Shown: piece after piece, positions 30,065-40,230 of the stretch
How positions within the stretch are numbered: position 1 is the stretch's first letter
How the letters are laid out: every line of letters starts with the position of its first letter
Assembly: GCA_963663765.2 (NCBI GenBank)
Contig: CAXXUA010000013.1
Coordinates: 640,001 to 704,000 of the forward strand
Length of the DNA stretch: 64,000 nucleotides
Direction: 5' to 3'
DNA from: Candidatus Poribacteria bacterium
Lineage (GTDB): Bacteria; Poribacteria; WGA-4E; WGA-3G
Notes under the pieces: model-generated
What the model saw: only the letters and a program-made list of their open reading frames with translations
The model's database searches: none
What the model was told of the DNA's origin: nothing
Program-made: the position numbers and the translations under genes

Positions 30065-31183
30065 CTAAATTACCCCTTCGCGCTCTAAGACTTGACGGAT
30101 TTCCTCAAATGCTGCCTTTATATTCCTTTTCGGAAACCGAATCTGGACGAGTCCGTGAATATTGCTAAACTCTTCACATCCCTCTTCAAGCAAAATGATT
30201 GCCTTTTTAAAACCGAGTTTACCTTGAAATAACCCTGCTTCGTGGATAACGTTTTCACGCGCATGCAGTGTGCCATCTGTTTGTTCATCCTCAGCTGTCA
30301 ACACTAAAAATGCCATACAAGCCTGATCTAACATTTCAGCAAGACGTGCAATGTTTGTCACACCAGCAACTGGAACTCGATTAAATTCATCCCAAGGCAG
30401 TCTAAGTTTTTCGCTTATAAAATCTTTAAGTTCGCGCCAGTCTTGTGAACGTCCATGTCCGATAAAAATATTTGTTCCAATTCTATTCAATTTAGCAGTG
30501 CTTCTTTCAAGGTTTTGTATGTGGTTAGCCAGTGTTACAATCTGCTTTTTTAATTCTTTACAAGATTGGAAAGGTTGTTTTACGGCATAAATTTGCGTTA
30601 AGATTTGTACGTGTGGAGGGATTTGTTGACCTTCAGCAACAGCTCTTTTGTCCCTAGTTATCTTTTTACCTTGCGGTAGGTGTTCTTGTATGATAGATTT
30701 ATGAAGTAGTATTTCTAATACTTCGATTTTTTCGATCAAACTTTTTAAGTGTGTATCATTTTCAAAATGATTTCCGGACGCTATAGAAAGAACTGAAGAC
30801 TTTACTCTTTCAAATACTTCCTGAGCCTTTTCAGCATCAGCATTAGATATCTCACTAGTAAGGATTCCAGCACTTTCTCTTATGTATTTTTCTACATCCT
30901 CAAAACTGTATTCAACCCAACCTTTAAGAGATTGTGAAGGAATACCAAATAGACCGTCCAATCCCCATTCAAAGTCAAAAGACACTCCTGGTGGAGGTAC
31001 ATGAAAGTTGGAATAGTATACCCGAGAGTGGTAACCAAGCATAGACCTTGACCATGATTTTCCAACATTTTCCGCTGCTTCTGCAAGTGCATCTAATTCC
31101 GGAGTCTCATAGTCTACAAATTTATCTAGTTGGCTTGCGATATCAAGTAATTCTTTTGAAATTGACACGGCAACCTCTTTCAA
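30065..31183 (-). CDS. Protein with ~235-aa unknown N-terminal domain and C-terminal Cap12/PycTIR-class TIR domain
   Basis: IFIGHGRS...AFLVLTAEDE...ARENVIHEAGLFQG. Confidence 0.85.
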   Translation of the reverse strand: MKEVAVSISKELLDIASQLDKFVDYETPELDALAEAAENVGKSWSRSMLGYHSRVYYSNFHVPPPGVSFDFEWGLDGLFGIPSQSLKGWVEYSFEDVEKYIRESAGILTSEISNADAEKAQEVFERVKSSVLSIASGNHFENDTHLKSLIEKIEVLEILLHKSIIQEHLPQGKKITRDKRAVAEGQQIPPHVQILTQIYAVKQPFQSCKELKKQIVTLANHIQNLERSTAKLNRIGTNIFIGHGRSQDWRELKDFISEKLRLPWDEFNRVPVAGVTNIARLAEMLDQACMAFLVLTAEDEQTDGTLHARENVIHEAGLFQGKLGFKKAIILLEEGCEEFSNIHGLVQIRFPKRNIKAAFEEIRQVLEREGVI

Positions 31184-31293
31184 CTGTTTATTGGAAAAGC
31201 GGTTTCTTCAATTGAGAAATTAATTTTTCATTCATTTAGTGTATTTTCAAGTCAAAGAGATTTTAGGTCTGAAAAGGTTTGTCTTTGAATAGT

Positions 31294-32136
31294 CTAAATC
31301 ACTTCTTCACGCTCCAAGACTTGACGGATCTCCTCAAATGCTGCCTTAATATTCTTTTTTGGAAACCGAATCTGACAGAGTCCATGAATGTTGCTAAATA
31401 CTTCACAACCCTCTTCAAGCAAAATGATTGCTTTTTCAAAGCCGAGTCTGCCTTGAAATAAACCTGCCTCGTGAACGACATTTTCGTGTGCACGCATCTT
31501 GCCATCGGGTTGTTCATCTTCTGCTGTCATTATTAGGAATGCCATACACGTTCGATCTAACATTTCTTTAAGGCGTTCCTGGGTCCCTATACCTGCTGCC
31601 GAAGCACGATTAAACTCATCATAAGGCAGATCAAGTCTCTCACTTATAAAATCTTTGAGTTCACGCCAGACGTAGGAATGTCCATGACCAATAAAAATAT
31701 GTTTTCCATTTTCCATAGGGGTATGTGAAGGTGTTTCTAATAGTTCTTCAAACAGTTCAAGTCTGTCACGGATTCCTTCCAGACTGCTGAGACTATTTGC
31801 CATATATTTCCTAAACTGTTCAATTTTATATTGCACATAACCTTCGTAGTCGTTTACGTAGTTCATAATTAGATGACTGTCAAAATCATCATGACTAAGA
31901 TCTTCATAGATATAATCTTCATAATCCTTTGCAATCACTGAACTTTCAAATAAGTTAACTAAAAGATCTTTGTTGTATATTGACCAATTGATGGTTTTTT
32001 TTCCTACTGACTCATATTCCTCCTCAGAATCTATTGGTCCATCCCGAAGTTGTTGTCCTTCTTCTATTCGTACTTGTAAATTTTCTTTTGCTTCTTCTCT
32101 ACTCACAAGTAGTTTTGGTAGTGTTTTCTCTTCCAT
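31294..32136 (-). CDS. Protein with helical N-terminal domain and C-terminal Cap12/PycTIR-class TIR domain
   Basis: AAGGAGG RBS before ATG 32136; IFIGHGHS...AFLIMTAEDE...AHENVVHEAGLFQG. Confidence 0.85.
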   Translation of the reverse strand: MEEKTLPKLLVSREEAKENLQVRIEEGQQLRDGPIDSEEEYESVGKKTINWSIYNKDLLVNLFESSVIAKDYEDYIYEDLSHDDFDSHLIMNYVNDYEGYVQYKIEQFRKYMANSLSSLEGIRDRLELFEELLETPSHTPMENGKHIFIGHGHSYVWRELKDFISERLDLPYDEFNRASAAGIGTQERLKEMLDRTCMAFLIMTAEDEQPDGKMRAHENVVHEAGLFQGRLGFEKAIILLEEGCEVFSNIHGLCQIRFPKKNIKAAFEEIRQVLEREEVI

Positions 32137-32339
32137 AGTTCCTCCTTTTATCATAACACCGCCACGGTGATGCCAAGTCCAATTTATTTGGTATACTAAC
32201 GTGAGTTTGATAAATAGTTAGGACTTCCACGTTTCTTCTTGAAAGTCCCCTTGATAAGGGGGATTTAGGGGGTTAAAAACGCCAAAATAACGATTTTTTT
32301 CAGCAAATATGCCCGTTCACTGTTCAATTTGCACCGTCC

Positions 32340-32946
32340 AGTTGTTCGCCCTCCATTAGGTTGCTCACTTAGAATAATTGCTTCAAAACCGAGCTGCTCT
32401 ATAAACCTGGCCACAATTTGGTTGGTGTCGTCGACAAATCCACCAACGATAAGGACTTTATAACTTATTTTCGTACGATCTATATTTGGCAACGGGGTCG
32501 CTCTGTTGTTCTGAAGGACTCCTCTCCTCATACACTCTGTCAGTGAGTGTTGTAGAATCTGAATTCGGAGGAGATGTATGATGTTCCTCAGGTACTAAGG
32601 GAAAAATTGAGTTGTCAACTGGACGCGAAACAATGATATTAGGAAAGTTGAGACTGAGTGAAATAGTGAGAATTGATTTATTTGACAACTCAGGAATTAG
32701 ATTCTGGAACTTACCTAATCCCGCTAATTGTTTAGAGATCTTTGAGAACTCTGCAAGAGGTGCTTTTCCAATGACTTCTTTCAACCCAAACGGGTCTTTA
32801 AGTTCTTTAGATACTGCTTTCAGTCCTGTTAAATCAGATTTCGTTGTGAATTTAGGAAGTTTGAAGGAATAATTTAATTGTTTTTGCAGACCCTGAAATG
32901 AACTTCTTATATCTTTCAACGGATCTGCAATATTTTTCTCATACAT
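32340..32946 (-). pseudogene. Frameshifted and truncated N-domain + TIR gene
   Basis: 162-aa ORF overlaps a second frame reading KVLIVGGFVDDTNQIVARFIEQLGFEAIILSEQPNGGRT, which matches the start of the neighbouring TIR domains and then breaks off. Confidence 0.7.
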
Positions 32947-33108
32947 AACTTTTTTCCATTTTCACGGTTACACTACACAGTGAACACTTGCTAATCCGGC
33001 ACCAGAATACAGACCACGTCAATAATTTACGAGTGGTGTTAAATCCGATTTTGGGACATCTATAGGGTTTCTCAATATATGGACATCTTTTCACCCAGCA
33101 ACCCTTGA

Positions 33109-33573
33109 TCACAGAATTTGGTCCATGTCAATCGGCAATCCTACATTTTGCATCTCTTGCCCAAGTTTTAGTTTCCAACCGTTAGCACTATCCATAGGTA
33201 CATAGACGACATCAGGAATATAAGATGGTAATTCAACACCTTCCTTATAAAGCAGACATACTCGGTTAGGGTTCAGTTTACCAATGAAATAGCCAAGTTC
33301 GAAGATCACGTTCTGGCGTGCTCTGGGATTGAGTCGGCGTTCTGCATCATCTTTTAAGGCACCAACATCGTCAGGAGTCAACAATGCAATTGCAAACTCT
33401 GTGTCGTCTGCATATTTTTCAAGGTTCTCAATAAACGTCAGACTGTTATTGAGTTGTGTGTCAAGAACAGTTGCCTTTAAGCCCAAATTCTCTACAAAGT
33501 TAGCTACAGTTGTTATGGCTTCCTCGTCGTGTCCATATGAGATAAAAACATTCCTTCGACTATCCGTATTCAT
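33109..33573 (-). CDS. Stand-alone Cap12/PycTIR-class TIR domain protein
   Basis: NVFISYGHD, FAIALLTPDD, RARQNVIFELGYF; AAGGAGG RBS. Confidence 0.88.
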   Translation of the reverse strand: MNTDSRRNVFISYGHDEEAITTVANFVENLGLKATVLDTQLNNSLTFIENLEKYADDTEFAIALLTPDDVGALKDDAERRLNPRARQNVIFELGYFIGKLNPNRVCLLYKEGVELPSYIPDVVYVPMDSANGWKLKLGQEMQNVGLPIDMDQIL

Positions 33574-33655
33574 AGTCTTTCCTCCTTTTTAACGCTGACG
33601 TACTAAGGCGCTAATACCCCTGTTCATATTCAATCAAAACATAACTATACGTTGA

Positions 33656-33685
33656 ATTATAGCACTAATTTATTGAAAGTGTCAA
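33656..33685 (-). promoter_or_regulatory. Near-consensus sigma70 promoter TTGACA-N18-TATAAT with extended -10, inside the TIR cluster
   Basis: Minus strand TTGACA ctttcaataaattagtgc TATAAT. Confidence 0.7.
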
Positions 33686-33721
33686 ACCCGATTTATACAG
33701 TATTTCAAATGGACCTATCTT

Positions 33722-34183
33722 CTATAGAAGTCTATTGGCATCAATAGGTAATTTCGCATTCTTCATTTCCCTTGCCAATTTCAATTGCCATCCATCGTAG
33801 TTATCCATAAGCACATACGATATACCGCGAACATCAGATGGAAATTCAACACTTTCTTTATAGAGAAGACAAATTTGATTTCGATCTAATTTAGCAATGA
33901 AATAACCGAGTTCAAGGATAACGTTCTGACGAGCTCTTGGCTGAAAGTTGTCTTTTTCTGCTTTTGAAGTGCCAATATCGTCAGGAGTTAACAAAACGAC
34001 AGCAAAAACGATGTCCTCTACTTGTTCTTCAAACTTATCAATAACTGCTTGCAAGCCGCCAGCTTGTTCGTCAAGTATGATTGCCTCAAAATCAAGTTTT
34101 TCTATGAATCTGGCGACAAGGAGTTTAGCTGCGTCATCATGCCCATGCACGATGAAAACTTTTGGTAGTGTTTTCTCTTTCAT
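33722..34183 (-). CDS. Stand-alone Cap12/PycTIR-class TIR domain protein
   Basis: KVFIVHGHD, FAVVLLTPDD, RARQNVILELGYF. Confidence 0.88.
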   Translation of the reverse strand: MKEKTLPKVFIVHGHDDAAKLLVARFIEKLDFEAIILDEQAGGLQAVIDKFEEQVEDIVFAVVLLTPDDIGTSKAEKDNFQPRARQNVILELGYFIAKLDRNQICLLYKESVEFPSDVRGISYVLMDNYDGWQLKLAREMKNAKLPIDANRLL

Positions 34184-34623
34184 AACCCTCAGTCAATAGG
34201 TGAGCTTGATTTCTTCCATAGCAGGGCGTGATTCATGTTGCATGTTCATGTTTATAACTTCAGTTCATTTCAGATTAGGATAATGAATCCATTATATTTG
34301 TTTTTACACACTAATTACATCCTGTTAGTTCCATCTCAGTATAGTATTCAGTGTGCGTTCTGTATAAGAGACTCAAGATTCTATAATGGAACAAATATTT
34401 CATATTAACCATTATTAGTTTAATAATAGAACTTAATTCATTCGGTTTTCACAATAAGGAATATAGAAAATTATAGTATGTTTTGACATAGAAATCAAGT
34501 AGAATATTTGAAACGGAGTATACATTAATTTCGTGAGGTTTGTAGGGTTTAGAAGAACGTGTCATTACATTAGACTTCTCAACATTGTGATCAATCCGTT
34601 CTAAATTCCCTTACATTGATAAT

Positions 34624-34751
34624 GAACTCATATTGAGTAAAGCATAAGGATGCGGTAAAATAGGGAAGACAGGAAGATAATATGTGTTCTTTTCTTTCCG
34701 CTTTAGATTCCCATTTACTTTGAATTCTTAGCCCTTACTCGCTATAAGTTC
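34624..34751. mobile_element. 128-bp MITE, copy 2, with 3-bp AAT duplication
   Basis: Imperfect TIRs gaactcatattgagtaa / ttactcgctataagttc; AAT at 34621-34623 and 34752-34754. Confidence 0.8.
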
Positions 34752-34764
34752 AATTTGTGATTTT

Positions 34765-35667
34765 CTAAACTGGAAGTTTTCCACTGCTCCGAAGTTTATC
34801 ATGAATGAGTCTGTAGCAATCGTCTATAAATTTTACTGTTTCCTTAAATATGCTGCGGCAGAAAGCAATAATTTCAGTATCATCGAGCATTGTGTTATCA
34901 GGAAAGAAGACTTTATCAAAAAACAAATTTAGATCTGAGTCATCCACAAAACCTGATAGAGAAATGGCAGACGGAAAGTTGATTATATCTGTTATGTCGT
35001 CATGGGTTAATCTGTTTCTGATTTGCTTAGAGATGTTAAAAGGGGAACCAATTTTGTTTTCTATGTCCTGCCCAATCTTCTGAGGTAAAGCGAAGAAAGA
35101 ACATAGATGACGGGTCAATTCTCCATGCGGTATTTTGTTTTTTAGTTTTATGCGTAAATCTGATCCGTGATAACGTTTATTATACGAAATTAAGTCGTAA
35201 ACTATGTTTATGATTTTTGACAAACAGTCCTCAGAACTAACTAAATGTGAAAGAAAACCACTCACAACAAGGAAAACGATTAACGGTAAGGTGTGCTGGT
35301 TCATTTTTAAACTTTGTATGTACTGCTGTTTTCCATCTTTGAATGTAAGGAAAACTATTGAATGTAAGGCATCAGGTGTCAACAAATTGATTTCTCCTTT
35401 AAAATCACTGTTTGAGAAAACAAACGATTGTTTTTGTTCTGCAATACCAGAAAACCGATTTCTTATACAGGAGACATAATCTACATTTTCCATTGAATCA
35501 AGATAGAACTTTACAGCATTGAGCCGTTGACTGGTTGTCGGAATCAATTGCTTTATTTTCAATGTTGCCTGTTCCACAGTTAACCCTACCGTACCCTGAA
35601 TTTTCCCTCTTGTATAAAAATCTTCAATTTTCTGAAGGAGAATACTTTCGTGCGCTAAGTTTACCAT
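34765..35667 (-). CDS. Putative HEPN-domain RNase
   Basis: Helical 300-aa protein with RxxxxH motif (IRNRLTHD); start overlaps the upstream stop (ATGGTAA). Confidence 0.6.
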   Translation of the reverse strand: MVNLAHESILLQKIEDFYTRGKIQGTVGLTVEQATLKIKQLIPTTSQRLNAVKFYLDSMENVDYVSCIRNRFSGIAEQKQSFVFSNSDFKGEINLLTPDALHSIVFLTFKDGKQQYIQSLKMNQHTLPLIVFLVVSGFLSHLVSSEDCLSKIINIVYDLISYNKRYHGSDLRIKLKNKIPHGELTRHLCSFFALPQKIGQDIENKIGSPFNISKQIRNRLTHDDITDIINFPSAISLSGFVDDSDLNLFFDKVFFPDNTMLDDTEIIAFCRSIFKETVKFIDDCYRLIHDKLRSSGKLPV

Positions 35668-38600
35668 TCTTCCCCTTCAAGAATTTCTTCATCCCTTTGT
35701 TGTTCTCTTTTGATTTCAAGTTTTGTTCTATCTGTGAGGTGATCAGCAAACTGTTTGACAATTGGGGATTCTGTTTTGTCTTGCAACGCCTTAAGATATT
35801 CGATGCGTTTTACAAGATGAGGCATTGGTTCACCAAAAGCCCCAGAATAGCCGAGTACTGTGCCAATTGAAGCTTCAATTTCGGTTGATACCTTTGCTTC
35901 TCCTTTACTTTTTATGAGAAGTGATTCTACAAGAGAGTAAAAAACTTTGTCTTCATCAAAATTCCTCAACAAACAAGCTGCCCACCACATCTTTTCTGAA
36001 TCTTCTGAGTCTATCCATTCTTCAAGGATTGTTTGCACGGCGTTGTTGATTTTAGTGCCTTCAATTTGAGAACTGTTCCCATCAACCATAGATGCCAATA
36101 AACCGGGAGCCAACCACTTACGGTGACTCGGCGGACCTAAACCCCAATCTCTGACCCTCCTTAAAGCATCCATAACGTTTCTGTCATTCCAATCAACATC
36201 CTTAAACAGATAGTGAAGTCGAATTGGAATTGCCTCATAATTTGTAATATTCCTCTTAAATTCCTGCTCTTGGTATGCAATTCGTTTCTCAAACAGTGCA
36301 ATAACCCATATCGGATCAGACATAAATATAGCATGTAGGATTTCCTCAGAATGATAATCAAGGTGTTCTAAATTCACGCAATTGTGCATAATCTGTTTGT
36401 AAGTGTCCAAATATTTCTGTGATGGGAATCTAAAAATTACCTTGATAACCTCCCTTTTAATCAAAGATGATTCATCGGTTGAAAACCGTATTAAAATCTC
36501 AAGAACGGTTTCTATGTCCACGTTAAAGAAATTAGGAAGAGTATTAACTATGTCAGATTTTAAGTTTTCATCTGGTATCTTGGACAATTGAACTAAAACT
36601 TGCAGATCATCTTTATCAAAAGATTGTCCTTCCGCACCCCATAAATAACTCTTTACAACGATTCTTTTGACAGATATATTGTCTTGATTCAATAGACGGT
36701 GTCTTATTTCTAGTGCCTTATCGTTGTCGGAATACCGAATACCACCGAGTAACCCTGCTGTGTAATCTTGTACATCAGTTTGCCAAGAAAAAATATAATC
36801 TAATAATTCAGATCCATAAATTGGGTTAAGCTTACCGATGGTCCAAAGATGTTGAGCAACTACCCAGGAATTCGTGTCACTTTCGCTTGAACCCAAAAAT
36901 GCACTCATTAATTTTGCAAAACGTATAGCTGGATATTTTTCTATATACTTTTCGACGAATTTCTGTTTTTCTTCAAGGGTTGTCCACTTTTGAAATTTTC
37001 CAACAAATTGACGATAGAAAAGGTAGTGATCATAATTAACTTGTTTCTCAAATTTCTCTAACAATTGTGTAGCGCGTTGTTTTAGGTAGCCGTGCGAATT
37101 TTCCGCGTATACATGCAAACACTCATCTATTGCATTGAGGACAGTGAAATCAGATTCTTCTGATAATTGATTGGTAAGTATTTCAAACAATCGATCTTGT
37201 TCCTCTTTTAGTAAAGCTTGATCAGATTTTTCTAGACGGTCCGGATTGTTCCCTCCGGGACCACTATGAAGAGGACGTAGTGCTTTACTGATACACTCTA
37301 CCGCTTTCAATTTAACAATATTGTGCGAGGATATTCTCAGGCACTCCTCAATTAATTTAATCGCTCGCGATCTAATCTGAATTAACTTAGAGGTATATTT
37401 TAAAGTGTGCCAAGAGATATTCAAAGAAAATCCCTGACTGACTACCTCTTGGAACTCTAACATGAGCAGTGAATTGAGCTCGTTGAGCAGTGATAAACTG
37501 AGTTCTGGTATATCTTCATTTTTCCACATATCAAATACCTCAAGAGTTTCCTCTTGAAATATGAAGGATTTACCGGTTTCGAAACGGATCATATCTCTTA
37601 ATAACGATTCTGGACGATATCCATAAGAATAGTCTATATCTTTCATCAGGAATAGTTTTCGAATAATCTGTAGCGTTTTTCTAAATCCCGATATGGTGTA
37701 AACGGTCTTACGTGCATGTTTAACAATTTTTTCAATTAGCGATTGATGGGTTTGGGTGAATTTTCCCCAAAAGTCAATCTCGACTTCGATATCATGATCG
37801 TTTGGATTATCAATAATGATATTAAAAATCTCAATCGCATCATCTGGACGAAAATAACAGATACCTTCCATTTGGAGTAGAATTAGCATTCGAGTTGCGT
37901 TATCACCTTTTAGCGCATATAATTGGAGGTCGTCAACGTACTCGTCAAGAAGACTTTTTTCACCAGCGATGGCTTCCACTCGAGCAAGGTTTTTAATGAG
38001 ATTGATTGAGAAAAGTGGTAGGAATTTCTCTAACAAGATTTTGTGAAAAAAGGAAGTATTACCGTAGGATAAGAAACATGCTTTCCGCAAAATATAGTCG
38101 CTAAGTGGACCAGGAAAAACCCTTTGCTTCCTTCCATACTGAACAAGCAAACCGGATCCTATTAGATCATTACGGTAACGTTCTATCTCATAAGTCTCCA
38201 CTTTTAAGAGTTCAGCCAATTTTTCAGTCACCCTAGTATCTTCAACGTCAACTGGTTCGATTCCACTGAACCAGTCAAGCGTTTTTCGATGTTGTCTGGT
38301 TAACTTTGGTAAGTATTTACTGAAAATGTCATTCAAGTAGGATTTAAAAGCAAGTGCAATCAATTCATCCTTAGTTAAGTTTCTCAGATCTACTCCGTTT
38401 TTGAACAAATATATCACCATTACAGCAATTAATGGTGTGTCTCGCCCGATTTTTGCTAAGCCAGACAGTAGAGAACCAACAGGGATCTTTGTATATTTGC
38501 GGATAAATTCTTTAGTTTTTTCAAACGAAAGTTTAGGAATTTCTATTTCTCTAATTGCCTGATCTGGTAGTGCGGACAAGAAAATTCCCTTCAAGGAGGC

Positions 38601-39518
38601 TTTAAAAGGCTTCCGTGTTATAAGAACTGCTTTGGATTCACAATATTCTGCACTATTAAGCAATATTTTGATGCCACCAAGGTTGTCTAAATAGTCATGG
38701 GCATCATCGACAAAGAAGATGTACTTTCTATTTGGTGGAATGTCTGCTAACGCATTTTCAAAACTATCATCGGCAATTTGAACAAATAATGGTTCATAGT
38801 CATGGTGTTCTTGTTCGACCATTTTTGCAAATTCAATTGCAAGTTGGGTTTTGCCAATTCCCCCGCTACCGGACATAACTAACAATCTTTTGTCAGTATC
38901 TTGGATAAAGGAACTAAATTGGTCAATCTCACTCTCTCGTCCGAAGGTTTCGTAGTCGTACCTCAAGAGTCTATGGTCCCCATTAATTTGATTGCGGAAC
39001 ATATCTTCGTAAGTAAGGAATACAGGAAGATGGGGCTTTCGGAATGAATTTAAGATATAAGGGAACTCGTCGGTCATTGTGATGAGATTTTCGGCATCCC
39101 AACACGTTAATGAGAAAGTATATCCTTTTTCGTTTTTAGCGTTTTTAATTTTGCTGACATTCCCAGTTGTAAGCAAGGAATTGGTCATCAGGACATAGTG
39201 TTCACATTGTGCTTCATTTGCTTTATCTAACTCGCCTTTCTTTTTTTTACTGCCTTCCATAACACGAATAAGACTTCTACGAGCGTTATTTTTGTCTTTG
39301 GTTGGATCAAAGAACTTGTACTGAAAAATCCAACGTCCACTTCTTTCGTTACCTTTTCTATCTGTATAACTTCCGTTGTATTCAGCATCAATACCTTTAT
39401 CCTGTCCTTCGGCACCGTAAACTGTGACAAAGGTGGAAACCTCTTTTTTTAGGAAAAGATTACAAAATCTCTCAAAGTCTTTCGGGGATTTGATGTATTC
39501 AGATAACTCTTTTTTCAT
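35661..39518 (-). CDS. Avs-like STAND NTPase with N-terminal Mrr-like PD-(D/E)XK nuclease and C-terminal helical-repeat region
   Basis: DFERFC...GQDKGIDA...FQYKF nuclease signature; FGRESE, Walker A GSGGIGKT, Walker B IFFVDDAH, VLITR; ~800 aa of HEAT/ARM-like helices. Confidence 0.82.
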   Translation of the reverse strand: MKKELSEYIKSPKDFERFCNLFLKKEVSTFVTVYGAEGQDKGIDAEYNGSYTDRKGNERSGRWIFQYKFFDPTKDKNNARRSLIRVMEGSKKKKGELDKANEAQCEHYVLMTNSLLTTGNVSKIKNAKNEKGYTFSLTCWDAENLITMTDEFPYILNSFRKPHLPVFLTYEDMFRNQINGDHRLLRYDYETFGRESEIDQFSSFIQDTDKRLLVMSGSGGIGKTQLAIEFAKMVEQEHHDYEPLFVQIADDSFENALADIPPNRKYIFFVDDAHDYLDNLGGIKILLNSAEYCESKAVLITRKPFKASLKGIFLSALPDQAIREIEIPKLSFEKTKEFIRKYTKIPVGSLLSGLAKIGRDTPLIAVMVIYLFKNGVDLRNLTKDELIALAFKSYLNDIFSKYLPKLTRQHRKTLDWFSGIEPVDVEDTRVTEKLAELLKVETYEIERYRNDLIGSGLLVQYGRKQRVFPGPLSDYILRKACFLSYGNTSFFHKILLEKFLPLFSINLIKNLARVEAIAGEKSLLDEYVDDLQLYALKGDNATRMLILLQMEGICYFRPDDAIEIFNIIIDNPNDHDIEVEIDFWGKFTQTHQSLIEKIVKHARKTVYTISGFRKTLQIIRKLFLMKDIDYSYGYRPESLLRDMIRFETGKSFIFQEETLEVFDMWKNEDIPELSLSLLNELNSLLMLEFQEVVSQGFSLNISWHTLKYTSKLIQIRSRAIKLIEECLRISSHNIVKLKAVECISKALRPLHSGPGGNNPDRLEKSDQALLKEEQDRLFEILTNQLSEESDFTVLNAIDECLHVYAENSHGYLKQRATQLLEKFEKQVNYDHYLFYRQFVGKFQKWTTLEEKQKFVEKYIEKYPAIRFAKLMSAFLGSSESDTNSWVVAQHLWTIGKLNPIYGSELLDYIFSWQTDVQDYTAGLLGGIRYSDNDKALEIRHRLLNQDNISVKRIVVKSYLWGAEGQSFDKDDLQVLVQLSKIPDENLKSDIVNTLPNFFNVDIETVLEILIRFSTDESSLIKREVIKVIFRFPSQKYLDTYKQIMHNCVNLEHLDYHSEEILHAIFMSDPIWVIALFEKRIAYQEQEFKRNITNYEAIPIRLHYLFKDVDWNDRNVMDALRRVRDWGLGPPSHRKWLAPGLLASMVDGNSSQIEGTKINNAVQTILEEWIDSEDSEKMWWAACLLRNFDEDKVFYSLVESLLIKSKGEAKVSTEIEASIGTVLGYSGAFGEPMPHLVKRIEYLKALQDKTESPIVKQFADHLTDRTKLEIKREQQRDEEILEGEEW

Positions 39519-39606
39519 CGTGTTTTCCTTGATGGATAGCAGACTGTAGTGTTACAGTAAGGAGATTTATTTCTCAATCACCTTTTTAATATAATCACCT
39601 TTTTAA

Positions 39607-39871
39607 CAATACCTTCGCCAATAATAGACAATCTACCAGATTGTGACCGCATTTGAAGTGTAGCACATTCTGGCAGAATGTGCTTGTCATCTATTCTGTC
39701 AGATTGCTGAATAGCCATTTCTATTGGAAATTAGAAACTATGATAAATAAAAACACTTCAACAAAAACCTGAAGGTATTTTTATTTACGTAATCCTACAA
39801 TAGGACAGATCAACACTATATCGACACAATATTCTCATTCAACTGAAGCATGCAAAATGGCGAAGGTATTG
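39607..39871 (-). mobile_element. Short copy of the array-bearing MITE family with an unexpanded repeat region
   Basis: Same 14-bp TIRs and AT-rich segment; repeat region holds only one or two palindromes (gcacattctggcagaatgtgc). Confidence 0.8.
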
Positions 39872-40230
39872 CTATTTAATATACAGGCAATTAATTCATC
39901 AATATCTTAACACAACCCCAGAAAGAATATCAAGGGTATTACCAAATAACAGGGTTATTTAGTTTTCTTTTTTTTTACAAGTGTTTATTTTTTTATGGCA
40001 TGCAGATATAGTGTGACTTTTCACACTATATCTGCATTGCTTCATCTTAAAAGCACACTATATTTGATCAGTATTCAGATTTGCTGGTATAACGCGTATA
40101 GCTGATGGGATGAAATATTATGCTTCAAAACCTAAATTTGCAGTTTACATGATAACATGAGAATTTATAAGAATTTATAAAACTCAGGACTTACGCACTA
40201 TAATAGATTTGTGCTATACTATTCCATTAT

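Noticed and set aside
30065-34183. TIR cluster as canonical Thoeris, CBASS or Pycsar
   Set aside because: No ThsA (SIR2/macro/SLOG), CD-NTase or pyrimidine cyclase motif is recognisable in the window.
24015-34753. A 10.7-kb composite transposon carrying the R-M and TIR genes between inverted repeats
   Set aside because: Each repeat is a self-contained 128-bp MITE with its own TIRs, and the right copy has its own AAT duplication; the short TTTG flank match could be chance.
30065-35667. Integron cassette array
   Set aside because: No integrase and no recurring attC-like inverted repeats were seen between the genes; at least one gene has its own promoter.
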